The position numbers and the translations under genes are program-made. Source: an uncultured Acidimicrobiales bacterium (lineage in GTDB: Bacteria > Actinomycetota > Acidimicrobiia > Acidimicrobiales > SZUA-35). From it: DNA of 64,000 bases. The stretch spans positions 85,033 to 149,032 of the forward strand of contig CAWDOA010000012.1 of NCBI GenBank assembly GCA_963803875.1, given 5' to 3'. Positions 1 to 9,574 of this stretch are shown here, one piece after another (position 1 is the stretch's first letter; every line of letters starts with the position of its first letter). Below the pieces are notes generated by a model. The model was given only the letters and a program-made list of their open reading frames with translations, ran no database searches and was not told the DNA's origin.

Positions 1-98
1 CCGACGGCAAGGAACCGCTCGAGAATCGAAGTAGCGCCGGCGGTCTGACGTTTGAAGGACTTGGTTACATGATCAACCTCGATGGCGGTGTAGCTCAT
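1..98 (-). CDS. ABC transporter ATP-binding protein, first ~32 codons only (gene runs off the window start)
   Basis: The reverse complement of 1-98 reads MSYTAIEVDHVTKSFKRQTAGATSILERFLAV, a typical N-terminus of polysaccharide/teichoic-acid-type ABC ATPases. Its ATG (96-98) follows the permease stop (100-102) by 1 nt, which suggests an operon. Confidence 0.55.
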   Translation of the reverse strand, partial: MSYTAIEVDHVTKSFKRQTAGATSILERFLAV

Positions 99-99
99 C

Positions 100-1110
100 T
101 CAGATCACCTCGCCGAAGTCGCCTTCGAGACGAGCGAACGCCCGCATCCCGATGATGAAGAGCAGTACGGCGAAGGCGAGCGACATCCCAAGCATCTGCA
201 CATAGAACCCGGTTCCCTGCGCCATGAGGAACGCGAAGTCCTGCTCCTGGGCTGCGGCCGACACGTTGTTGGGGTTGTAGAGCACGCGTTTGAACACAAC
301 CACCGGTCCCATCATCGGGTTCAGCCCAGCCAGAATCGAGTTCTCCTCCAACGCATTGGCGACGAACTGAAACGGATACACGATACATGTGAACCAGAAC
401 CACGCCAGGAGGCCCAGTTCGAGGAAATGGTTGGTGTCGCGGTAGTACACGTTGTATGCGCTCAGTAGAAGGCCGAGCCCAGTGGCCAGCAGGAGCGTCA
501 ACAACAGGGCGGGAACGAGAAGCCAGAGCATCGACACCTCCGGGGCGTGTCCAAAGGCAGCCAGGCCGATCACCAAGACGATCATTTGGAAACAGAAGCT
601 GATGAACGATGCCCCGACCGCAGCGATCGGGAGAATCTCTCTGGGGAACCACACCTTCTGCACCAGTGACCCATTGCCCACGATCGAAGCGGTCGCACTA
701 CCCAACCCGGTGGCGAACAGATTCCACACCAGCAATCCGGAGAGCAGAAGCAAGCCATAACGAGGTGCGCCGGCGTTCAGTACGACATCGAAGACAACGC
801 TGAACACGGCCAGGTAGAGAAGCGGGTTCAGCAACGTCCACAAGAACCCGAGAACACTGTCCTTGTAGCGGACCTTCAACTCACGGCGTACGAGATTTCC
901 CAGAAGCTCGCGATACTCCCAGACATCGGTAATCCGACGGATGAAGGAACGGGGAACACTGCCATGTTCTATGAGCGGGGGAAGCCCATCGGCCGGTACT
1001 GCGGTCAAGTCCTCAAGCGTAGTCTCGGCACCCGGGTCTTTCCGGTACCCGGGCCGCTCGGAAACAGGTGGTACCTTCGTGCCGTGATCCGACCCAAAGA
1101 TCTCGCCCAA
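100..1110 (-). CDS. ABC-2 type (Wzm/TagG-like) polysaccharide export permease
   Basis: 336-aa ORF with the ABC-2 signature YRELLGNLVRRELKVRYKDSVLGFLWTLLNPLLYLAVFSVVF followed by about 6 hydrophobic segments. It lies directly upstream of an ABC ATPase start. Confidence 0.85.
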   Translation of the reverse strand: MGEIFGSDHGTKVPPVSERPGYRKDPGAETTLEDLTAVPADGLPPLIEHGSVPRSFIRRITDVWEYRELLGNLVRRELKVRYKDSVLGFLWTLLNPLLYLAVFSVVFDVVLNAGAPRYGLLLLSGLLVWNLFATGLGSATASIVGNGSLVQKVWFPREILPIAAVGASFISFCFQMIVLVIGLAAFGHAPEVSMLWLLVPALLLTLLLATGLGLLLSAYNVYYRDTNHFLELGLLAWFWFTCIVYPFQFVANALEENSILAGLNPMMGPVVVFKRVLYNPNNVSAAAQEQDFAFLMAQGTGFYVQMLGMSLAFAVLLFIIGMRAFARLEGDFGEVI

Positions 1111-1243
1111 AGGACCCGACAGCTCCTTCAGCCCGGTGATCGCGCCCCTGGGTCAGAACACGACCGCAGGATCGCTGCGTTGGAAGCAGAGGTGAAGGCA
1201 CTGAGGGGTGAGCTGGGCGCTGTGGTCAAGATGATCGAATCCG

Positions 1244-2401
1244 ATGGCGAGCGCTGACCCTTTCTCTGCCGGCAACGACACCGAGGCCCATCCCGGCAGC
1301 GTGATCTCGATCGATGGCCCATTTGATCCTTCCGCCCTCGCTGCATTGCCGGCACGGGTGGACCGAGCAGCCGCGATCATCGCCGAACAACCGATGGCCG
1401 ATCGACTGCGCAAGATGAGGGTCCGCGTGCCCATCTTCGACCGGAACGACGAGCCCGAAGCCATTGAAGCTGCCGTTACGCACCATCGACTCGATGCCGT
1501 ACCCGAAGTGGTTGATGGAATGCTCGTCGCCGGAGGTTCCCATCGCCGCTGGGCCCAACTCGGTCAACCCAGTCCCAATGATGTTGTCCATCGTGTGTCA
1601 ACGGCTCTCGAGCGCCTCGAAGGGGCTCACGCTGAATACGGTCATGCGCACGCCCGACGATTCAGCCAGACGCTGGAACGACTGCGTACGCCGGTCGGGC
1701 CAAGTGCAACGTTGCTGGAGCTGTCATCGTTTCCAGTGGTAACCGAAATCGCAGACGAGCTGGGCTTCTGGTGTGCTGCCACGGTGCGAGACGGCGGGGA
1801 TGCCCTAGCACGACCGTCGAACCCATTCGATGCCACGTTTGGTCGCCAGGTGGAGCTGAACGTCGAAATCGAAACCCAACGGCTGCCCGTCGAGGACGAA
1901 CTCTTCGATGTGATCCTGGCGTTGGAGATCATCGAGCATCTACCACGGGATCCAATGCAGTTGCTCGTGGAGGCCAACCGGGCCCTTCGAATGGGTGGCC
2001 AGCTGATCGTGTCGACGCCCAACCTGATCGGCGAGAGGGCGCTGGGGCTGGCTCGTCGAGGACAACATCCCGCCAACTACTACTTCTTTGAGCGCTCAGG
2101 GTCTCTGGACCGCCACCACTTCGAGTGGACACCAGACCTGTTGGGCACTGCCCTACGGGCGGCGGGCTTCTATGTTGATGAACTCAGCACCCATTTCTCG
2201 TGGTGGGATTCCGATGCCGAACTCAGCAACGACCTCGATCGGTTCGGGCACCCGCAACACCTTCGGGGTGACAACATCATTGCAACCGCCACGAAGGTGA
2301 CGCCCCTGGTCCGCCGGATGCCGGATGAGCTGTACACCGGCCCTTGCACCGACGACGAGTGGGTCACGTCGAACTCCGCTCAGCCTCGTATCCGAGCCTG
2401 A
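1244..2401 (+). CDS. class I SAM-dependent methyltransferase (Methyltransf_11/23-like)
   Basis: 385-aa ORF. The C-terminal half has FDVILALEIIEHLPRDPMQLLVEANRALRMGGQLIVSTPN, typical of class I methyltransferases. The N-terminal ~170 aa are unassigned and the exact start is uncertain. Confidence 0.7.
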   Translation: MASADPFSAGNDTEAHPGSVISIDGPFDPSALAALPARVDRAAAIIAEQPMADRLRKMRVRVPIFDRNDEPEAIEAAVTHHRLDAVPEVVDGMLVAGGSHRRWAQLGQPSPNDVVHRVSTALERLEGAHAEYGHAHARRFSQTLERLRTPVGPSATLLELSSFPVVTEIADELGFWCAATVRDGGDALARPSNPFDATFGRQVELNVEIETQRLPVEDELFDVILALEIIEHLPRDPMQLLVEANRALRMGGQLIVSTPNLIGERALGLARRGQHPANYYFFERSGSLDRHHFEWTPDLLGTALRAAGFYVDELSTHFSWWDSDAELSNDLDRFGHPQHLRGDNIIATATKVTPLVRRMPDELYTGPCTDDEWVTSNSAQPRIRA

Positions 2402-2434
2402 CTCACCGACTCACCCAGCCACGCGTGTTCTGCG

Positions 2435-4339
2435 TCAGTTCTGGGCGTTGTTGAAGAACCGATCAGAGGTCGCCAATTCGATGGCGTAGGCGACATCGTC
2501 GATGCCCCGCAAACGGTCGGACCAGTACTCCATCGACTGCGCTGACGGCACGATCCCGAAAACTCTCTCATACATGCGCGCGGTTCGGTCTCGTCGCGAT
2601 TCCAGCGACATGTAGAAGTTCTTTCCGACCTCGACCCTGCTGATGCGACCGGAGTTCATGAGATCGACCCAATAGCCCAGACCGGCTGAATCCGGCTCAC
2701 GGTGCAGAATATCCCGATAGAGCGTGGTCACGAAGCCCTCGGTTGTAGAACCTGCGCTGCGGTAGTACTCCTCGGAGGCAAGGAAATACGCACCGATGTC
2801 ATCGAATCGTGCACCGCTGCGCATGATGGCCTTCCAATACTCGGCACCGGCGTTGTCGGGTTGACGTCCGAACGCTGTCTGGTAGAGGTCCAGCAGCATG
2901 TCACCGGCAAAGGCGTCGCTCTGCACCAGCTCAACCGCAACCGAGGACCGGTCCTGAGAGGCGTACACCCTTTGAGTCCACTCCTCGATCTGAACAGCGG
3001 TGGGGTTGCTGCCGAGGAATGTTTCCGACAGCGATTCCACATAGTGCTCGATCTGCTCGGTGTCTCCCCGGACGATCCGATCCACGGTGAACCAGTCGGA
3101 CTTCAGACCCAGGGTCGTGCGAGCTCTCCAGCCGGTTTGAGTGACAGTGCCGCCTTCGAAACGGAACTCGATCTGCGTTACCCGTCCACCTTCGTCGCCG
3201 AGCCCGTTGCGACCGGTGACAACCAGATCGAGCAGCTTGCCTCGTCCGAACTTGGCTTCGAGCGCTGACACGCTCACGACCTTGGTCCACTCTCGATTCG
3301 GGTTGGACTCCACGTCGTCACCGTCGTCCTTCACCGAAGGGAACGTTCCTCCGGCCGTGTGGCCACCCGTGCTCGAGGAGAACTCGGTGCGGGCAACCCG
3401 GCCCGAGCCGTTCACACGCACCACGCCAGCTGTCTCGGCGATCGCGGCGTCGGTCCTTGGGTCAGTGGTTGCCTTGATCGCTGCGCCGGATTTCTGATGG
3501 AATCGACCCCAGAACACCTGGCATCGCGTGGTCTCACACGTATCGGCCCATGGCTGGTGCCGGGTGTCTCCGGCCATCGCATAGCTACGAGCCGCAACGG
3601 CTTGAGCCTCCAGAGCGGCCGCCGGCCACTTCGCAGGAGACTCATTGGGCACAACCCCGCGAAGATACTCCTCGATCGTAGTTACGTTGACGGTTCGGTG
3701 ATCTCCGGCCGAGTAGGTCCCGACGATCTCACCCGAGTACCAGGTACGGGCCGATCCGCTTCGACAGACATGGAGCATGGACTCATGGCTGTTCGGATCG
3801 GCGGTGCTATCGGCAATCAACCGCACACCGGGTTGGCCGGTGATACCCCCGACAACGGTCCAGGGACCAGCGCAGGAGTTTGCGAATGAGACAAGATACT
3901 GGCTTCCGTCCCACGTGATCCGAACCGCACCTTCGGAGATGTGACCGAGGTCCTCCCCAGCTGCACCTCGCAGGAGAATCCGGCCGCTTTCCAGCCCGAC
4001 GGCCGTGGAACGACCCTTGTTGTAGCTGAGGTCAACTCGAACAAGGTTGGGATCGACGATGTTGTCGGAAGGCACTGTGCCGGCCGTGGTCCCGCTGTAG
4101 AAGTGATCGAGGATCTGCTCGCTGCCCCACCCGTAGTTCTCCGCGTACCCGAGCGCACCGTACTGGCCCAACCCTCGGCCATGACCCCAGCCTCGACCCG
4201 AAATCTCAATGGTCGCGGTTCCGCTTGCGGCAGCCGCAGGGCTGGTGGCGAGGAACGGGGTGAGCAGGATCGCCACAGCTACGGTCGCAGCAGCCCGAAG
4301 AACGCGTGATCGAAGAGCGCGTGATCGAAAAGAGTGCAT
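2435..4339 (-). CDS. secreted SpoIID/LytB-domain protein with C-terminal DUF4214 repeats
   Basis: 634-aa ORF with a signal peptide (RAAATVAVAILLTPFLATSPAAAASG). SpoIID motifs are GRGWGHGRGLGQYGALGYA and ALEAQAVAARSYA. Two C-terminal DUF4214-like units are present (LYQTAFGRQPDNAGAEYW, LYRDILHREPDSAGLGYW). Confidence 0.85.
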   Translation of the reverse strand: MHSFRSRALRSRVLRAAATVAVAILLTPFLATSPAAAASGTATIEISGRGWGHGRGLGQYGALGYAENYGWGSEQILDHFYSGTTAGTVPSDNIVDPNLVRVDLSYNKGRSTAVGLESGRILLRGAAGEDLGHISEGAVRITWDGSQYLVSFANSCAGPWTVVGGITGQPGVRLIADSTADPNSHESMLHVCRSGSARTWYSGEIVGTYSAGDHRTVNVTTIEEYLRGVVPNESPAKWPAAALEAQAVAARSYAMAGDTRHQPWADTCETTRCQVFWGRFHQKSGAAIKATTDPRTDAAIAETAGVVRVNGSGRVARTEFSSSTGGHTAGGTFPSVKDDGDDVESNPNREWTKVVSVSALEAKFGRGKLLDLVVTGRNGLGDEGGRVTQIEFRFEGGTVTQTGWRARTTLGLKSDWFTVDRIVRGDTEQIEHYVESLSETFLGSNPTAVQIEEWTQRVYASQDRSSVAVELVQSDAFAGDMLLDLYQTAFGRQPDNAGAEYWKAIMRSGARFDDIGAYFLASEEYYRSAGSTTEGFVTTLYRDILHREPDSAGLGYWVDLMNSGRISRVEVGKNFYMSLESRRDRTARMYERVFGIVPSAQSMEYWSDRLRGIDDVAYAIELATSDRFFNNAQN

Positions 4340-4340
4340 A

Positions 4341-4360
4341 CGTAGGTCATCGGACCTACG
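4341..4360 (-). promoter_or_regulatory. perfect 8-bp hairpin ending 1 nt before the SpoIID-like start codon
   Basis: The minus-strand RNA reads CGUAGGUC-CGAU-GACCUACG-U-AUG. No Shine-Dalgarno sequence is visible between the hairpin and the ATG (4337-4339). Confidence 0.3.
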
Positions 4361-4477
4361 CCGCCAAGCTAAAGAGATTCCCCTGAGAATATTCTGAGTA
4401 CACCAAGATCTTCACCGAGCCGCCAGTCGATCGAGAAGAAGCGTCACAGCCTGCGCATACTTGGCTCCGGGGCCGAG

Positions 4478-7162
4478 CTACCCGGTGACAAGGCGGTAGT
4501 ACGCCGGGCTTGCAATCATCCTCGCAGCGAGGGTGAGATCGTCCGAATCCAGGAGATCCTCGGCCCATTCCTCGCGCTGATCAGCGCTCGGAGATGATCC
4601 CGACACCCGACGGTAGAGCGTATCGATGCGGTCTCGACGGCTCTCCAACGAGTCGTAGAAGCCGGCGGTGACCTCCGCCGGGGTTGCTCTCCGCGAATCC
4701 AGCAGCTCAGCCCAGTAGGCACGGCCAGCTGCGTCGGGGGCACGATGGAGCAACGCCTGGTACAGCGCATCAAGGTACGCGCCGCTCGATCCGTAGCGTC
4801 GGTAGAGCTCGTCGGAACCGAAGAAGTAGACCCCCATGTCGCGCAGGCTCACCCCCTGTGAGTTGAGCAACCCGGTCCAGTACTGCTTGCCGGCGGCATC
4901 GGGCGTCCGACCCAACGCACGCTCGTACATGTCTTCGACAATCGAATCAGTGAAACCTTGGTCTCGTACGATCGACTCGCCGAGTGCGATCGTGCCGCCA
5001 TGATCGGTCTTCCAATTCCAGTGATCGATGAAGGCCGGACTGTTCTGCTCGGGACGCAGTCGAGCGAGAACCGCCGAGATGTATTTGTAGTCGGCGGACG
5101 TCTTGAACGTTGACCCGGTCAGGTCGTAGCCGGTGAGCACCGCATCGACGGCGATGTCAGATCCAACATGGGTCGATGCCACGGTTATGGGGCGCTCGTC
5201 ACCGAACGGAATCCACCGACCCTGCGATTCGAGCACCCATCCGCCATTGCGATTGGGCCCGGCCACGACTGCGACCGCCTCTCCGGAAGTGACGTCGCCA
5301 TATGAAGTGGCCTGCCCGTAGCCGATGACTTCACCGCGATCTGTCACGACATAGCCGCTATGTCCTTCAGGCCAGGCCGAGATGTCGACCACCGTTCCTC
5401 GAGGTTTCACGCGCAGCGATGCAGGCGGGGTTTGCAACACCGGGTTCAGCTGCCCGGAGGCAGACACGGTGTAGCCAACTTTGGAGTCGTTGATGTCTCC
5501 CGCTACCGCTGGACCATTGGACGAGCGATCCACCACACGACCGCCGAAGGCATGGAGGAAGCCGTCAGCGGTGACCACGTAGCCACTCTTGCCACTGTCA
5601 CGAACGATCAGATCAACCGGATTCGACCCGCCAGGGCGACCCGCTACCGCCGGTGCGTCCCCATAGGGAAGCACGGTTCCGCTCTTGGTGAGCACATAAC
5701 CTGCGGTGGCAGTGCCGCCTACGGCGATCGCCCCCGCTCCTCCCGGTGGCGCATTGTCCGGAGTGGCCTGGTCCATCGCGGGTCGAAGTCCGCCGTGGAC
5801 ATCGACTGCGAGAAGTTTGGGGCCGAAGTCGTTGGCCTCGATCGCATCGGATGCATAGGGCACCGTGGCGCTCACATTTTTCGGCGCAAACTCTGCCTTC
5901 ATCTCCGCTACCACAGGCATGGTCCAGTTTCCTGGGCACGACGTCTCACCCAGATCACGGTGACCGAGAATCGTCGGGACCGAAACATATTTGGCTGGGG
6001 GGTGTTTCAGCACACCGTCGGTCGCGGTGTTCTTCAGCAGAGCCCATCCGTTGGGATCCACACCGTGGAGACGCAGTTTCCACTCCCCCAGTGCTTTGAC
6101 AGCCTGCAACGCTTCGGATGAGGGGCGGGTCGGCGACGGACTGGAAATGTTGCTCTGATGCTGACCGAGCAGGGCGACGGCAAAGGTGTTCGAGTTGAAT
6201 CCTCGGGCGTGACCTCCGATGACGGGACGGTCAACCCCTCCTGAGCGCCCCTCCCAAATCGTTCCGAATCGATCGACAAGGAAGTTGTAGGCAACGTCAC
6301 ACCAGCCGCGGGTGACGGTGTGGAAACGCTGAATACCGCGCAGGAGTTTGGGCACCTCGTCTTGGGCGTAGGAGTTGGTGGTGACGGTGTGGTGAACCAC
6401 CATTGCCCGCATGCTGTCCGCATAACGAGGCCCGTCTTCACAGCCCTCGGTCCCCCGCTGGAATCCCGGTTGTTCCCCAGTCCCCGTTGGATCGGATCGA
6501 AGGTTTTGCACCCCAGGAAACAACTCCCTTTGTCAGCGTCTGCTTGGCCAGGGTGGACTTCTGCTCCGACGTGAGGTCGGGCACGTCGAGTGCCTCGGTT
6601 ACCAGGGATTCGGCGTCGCCGTAGAGGACCGCAACCTCGACCGCGGAGGCGCCCTCGCCGACCCAGATGGGCCCGATCGCACCGTTCCCGGCCCGAGCAG
6701 CAGCGCCATACCCCTCCCCCCTGGAACTGCATCGGGTCCTTCTTCACCATCGAAGTGAAGGAGTTCCCAACCGCTCCATCGAGCACCATCGTGAGACCGA
6801 ACAGCGAGCTGACTGTGCTCGAGCCCTCGTCCTCGTCCATCGAGTGGTTGTACCGTCACCATCTCGGAATCACCGTCCAGTGGAACCGCCACGACCGGGA
6901 CCGTCGAGCCCTTGGCAAGCACGTGTCGATCAGTCAGGTCATCGGACGCTCCCAGCAGGGCCAGAAGATCCGAACCGACTCTCCGACTGGAGCTGAACGA
7001 ACTAACTGTCGAGGTCACTCGGATGTCGTTGTCACCGCTGCGGTCGGCAGCGGCCGCCGGGCTGGTGAGTGAGACGGACCCCACCAGCAGCGTGCCGATG
7101 AGAACCGCGAGCGCCGTTCGGGATGAGAATCTGAAAGTCATCGAGATGTCCAAACACCCCAC
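4478..7162 (-). pseudogene. N-acetylmuramoyl-L-alanine amidase (Amidase_2/PGRP) with repeat region and C-terminal DUF4214; reading frame interrupted twice
   Basis: ORF 6599-7162 supplies the signal peptide and N-domain (ALAVLIGTLLVGSVSLTSPAAAA ... ARWSGWELLHFDGEEGPD). A third frame then reads GEGYGAAARAGNGAIGPIWVGEGASAVEVAVLYGD...PSIRSNGDWG. ORF 4478-6523 continues with MVVHHTVTTNSY...CDVAYNFLVDRFGTIWEGRSGG...GGHARGFNSNTFAVALLG and DUF4214 units. The frame junctions are near 6711-6722 (G6 run) and 6441-6485. Confidence 0.8.
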
Positions 7163-7182
7163 TCCCCCGCCTCGAGGAACGA

Positions 7183-8410
7183 TCAGTGTAAGCAGCGCCG
7201 CCCCTTCGCTCGCAAGGCCTGGGGACCAATCGTTATCTGACCTGCCCTGATGTGACGGTCACGTAGAGATTTCGTGTCAGCACCGACAGCGTTGGGTAGT
7301 TGGCGCCTACGACGCGTCGCTCCGGGTGTCAGTTTGAGTTCGGTCGTGTCCATCTCGAGAGCATCGACGATCAACATCCGCCCGACGAGCGGGTTGCCGA
7401 TGCCCAAGAGCAGCTTGATCGTCTCGGTCGCCTGAATGGTGCCGATGATCCCGGGAAGTACACCGAGAACACCGGCGGTCGAGCAGTTGGGTGCCACTTC
7501 GGGAGGAGGTGGATCCGGCATGAAGCCGCGGTAGGTGAACCCCGCCCCGGGATCGAACACGGTGACCTGTCCCTCGAACCGGAAGACCGAACCGTAGACC
7601 ACCGGGGTCCCGGTCAGCACCGATGCATCGCTGAGGGCGTAGCGCACATCGAAGTTGTCGGCGCCGTCGACCACCACGTCGTACTCGGACATCAGCTCTG
7701 CCGCGTTGCAGGGGTCGACCCGAACGGGGTGCACGACCACATCGACGTCGGGATTGAGCGAGGCAGAGTGCGTGCCGTCCCGACTCGACCTTGGACCAGC
7801 CGACCTTCAGACTGTCGTGGAGGATCTGTCGTTGCAGATTGGACAGATCGACGGTGTCCATGTCGGCCAGACCGATCGTGCCGACACCGGCCGCGGCAAG
7901 ATACAGCGCCGCGGGACTACCCAGACCACCGGCCCCGACGATCAGGACACGTGATGCCAGGAGTTGTTCCTGACCAGAGCGGCCAACTTCGGGCAGCAAA
8001 AGGTGGCGGGAGTAGCGGCTCATTGGATCGGCGATGACATCGGAGGGTGTGACCCACGGCTTGCCCGATGCCTTCCACTCGGCGAACCCGCCGGCCATAC
8101 TCGTCGCATTGAGGTAGCCCAGATCGTGCAGCGTTACCGCCGCCAACAGTGATCGCACACCGGTGGCGCAGTAGAGAACAATGGGGTGGGCCTTGTCGGT
8201 CACGTGGCTCGCAATCGATGTCTCCAGTACACCCCGCGGAACAGTGAGTGCGCCCTGGATCAGTCCGTGGGCTACCTCGTCAGGTTCACGTACATCGATG
8301 ACCGCCGCTCCATGCTGCTTCTGCTCCAGCACTTCGTCGGTGGTGATTTCAGGAATCCTCCCTCGGGCTTGGGCCAGCAGTGAATGCAGGTCAGTCACGG
8401 GCAACTGCAC
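7183..8410 (-). pseudogene. rhodanese-ThiF/MoeB fusion (adenylyltransferase/sulfurtransferase) with N-terminal rhodanese; frameshifted
   Basis: ORF 7307-8410 has an N-terminal rhodanese domain (AVIDVREPDEV...PIVLYCATGVRS). It then has the ThiF domain (RYSRHLLLPEVG..QLLASRVLIVGAGGLGSPAALYLAAAGVGTIGLADMDTVDLSNLQRQILH). The ThiF domain continues in ORF 7183-7740 (DGTHSASLNPDVDVVVHPVRV...YDVVVDGADNFDVRY...FRFEGQVTVF). The junction is near 7765-7780. Confidence 0.8.
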
Positions 8411-9169
8411 CTACCACGATCGGCAAGACGTGACTGATCGACCCGCTCACGACGACGTCGGCCAGGTGATCCATCTCGGTGGGTTGGCCATTCGCGATCA
8501 CGACCCGGGCTCCGGCGGCCTTGGCGATGGGAACCATCCGGTTGACCGGACCGACCGAAAGTGTCGACCCGACGGCCAGGAGAAGATCGCACGACTCGGC
8601 TGCGGCTTGTGATCGGATCAGGTCCTCCTCCACGAGACTCTGACCGAAGCTGATCGTGCTGCTCTTCAAGATCCCTTCGCACTCAGGACAGGGCGGATCC
8701 GATTCGCCTGCCCGAACTCGCTCGAGGGCAACCTGCATGGGCGCCCGGTACTCACATCGCAGGCACACCACATTTCGAACCGACCCATGGATCTCGACCA
8801 GGCGATCGGGGTCCGATCCGGCCTTCATGTGTAGCCCATCGACGTTCTGGGTGACCAGCAGATTCAGCTTGTCGTTGCTGTTCAGAGCTCGATCACCGCA
8901 TAGTGCCCGCGGTTGGGTTGGGCGTCCCAGATCGGTGATCTGACCCTCACCTGCCACGCCGCTTTCCTCACCTCGGGGTCGGCCACATAGTGCCGCAGAG
9001 TTGATGCTTTCTCCGCCGCCGGGTTCTTCGTCCAGACTCCGTTCGGCCCGCGATAGTCGGGGATCTCGCTGTCGGTGGATATTCCTGCACCGGTGAGCAC
9101 AGTGATACTGCTCGAGCTGCGAACCAGATTCACCGCGTTTCGCAGGGCTACCTTGTCGGGCGTCACCAT
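8391..9169 (-). pseudogene. cobB: Sir2-family NAD-dependent protein deacylase; frameshifted
   Basis: ORF 8882-9169 reads [25 protein letters not shown]...[13 protein letters not shown]. It continues in ORF 8391-8957 with KLNLLVTQNVDGLHMKAG...EIHGS...CLRC...CPECEG. A one-base shift at about 8880-8890 joins them. Confidence 0.85.
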
Positions 9170-9202
9170 CTCAAGGGTACCGATTCACTAACGTGGCAGA
9201 TC

Positions 9203-9574
9203 GTGGAGGTTGATCAGGGAGATTTTCAGCGAGTGGTGCAAGAAACCAAGCAGCGCGCCCAACACGAGCTTGCTCGATTTGACCACCCGCTCGAACTCGA
9301 TCGCCGAATCGACGCTGCGCTCGAAGCCGCCCAATCAAACTCCCATTCTCGCTCGATCGAACGCCATCCGGCTGAGACCACCAAGAACAAGGCGGGTCAG
9401 ATAGTTCGGCGCCTCGCCCTCAACCCTGCAGACCAGCGAAGATTGAACCGAGAGCTGGTGGCGCTGGCGGAGGATCTGGATCAGCGAACTCGTCGGCATG
9501 AGGCCGAGATCGCTGAGCTGAAAGCTCAAGTCGACCGTCTGATTGCCCTTCGACGCAGTGGAGAATCGCCGTGA
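9203..9574 (+). CDS. hypothetical coiled-coil protein
   Basis: 123-aa ORF that is charged and helical, ending ...RRHEAEIAELKAQVDRLIALRRSGESP. Its stop overlaps the GTG start of the downstream glycosyltransferase (GTGA at 9571-9574). No family recognised. Confidence 0.4.
   Translation: MEVDQGDFQRVVQETKQRAQHELARFDHPLELDRRIDAALEAAQSNSHSRSIERHPAETTKNKAGQIVRRLALNPADQRRLNRELVALAEDLDQRTRRHEAEIAELKAQVDRLIALRRSGESP

Noticed and set aside
4340-4477. A ydaO-type riboswitch upstream of the SpoIID-like gene, suggested by a GGGGAATC string.
   Set aside because: Only one short block matches. There is no CGACAGCU-type block and no pseudo-symmetric helices. The region is only 138 nt and also has to hold the upstream gene's terminator.
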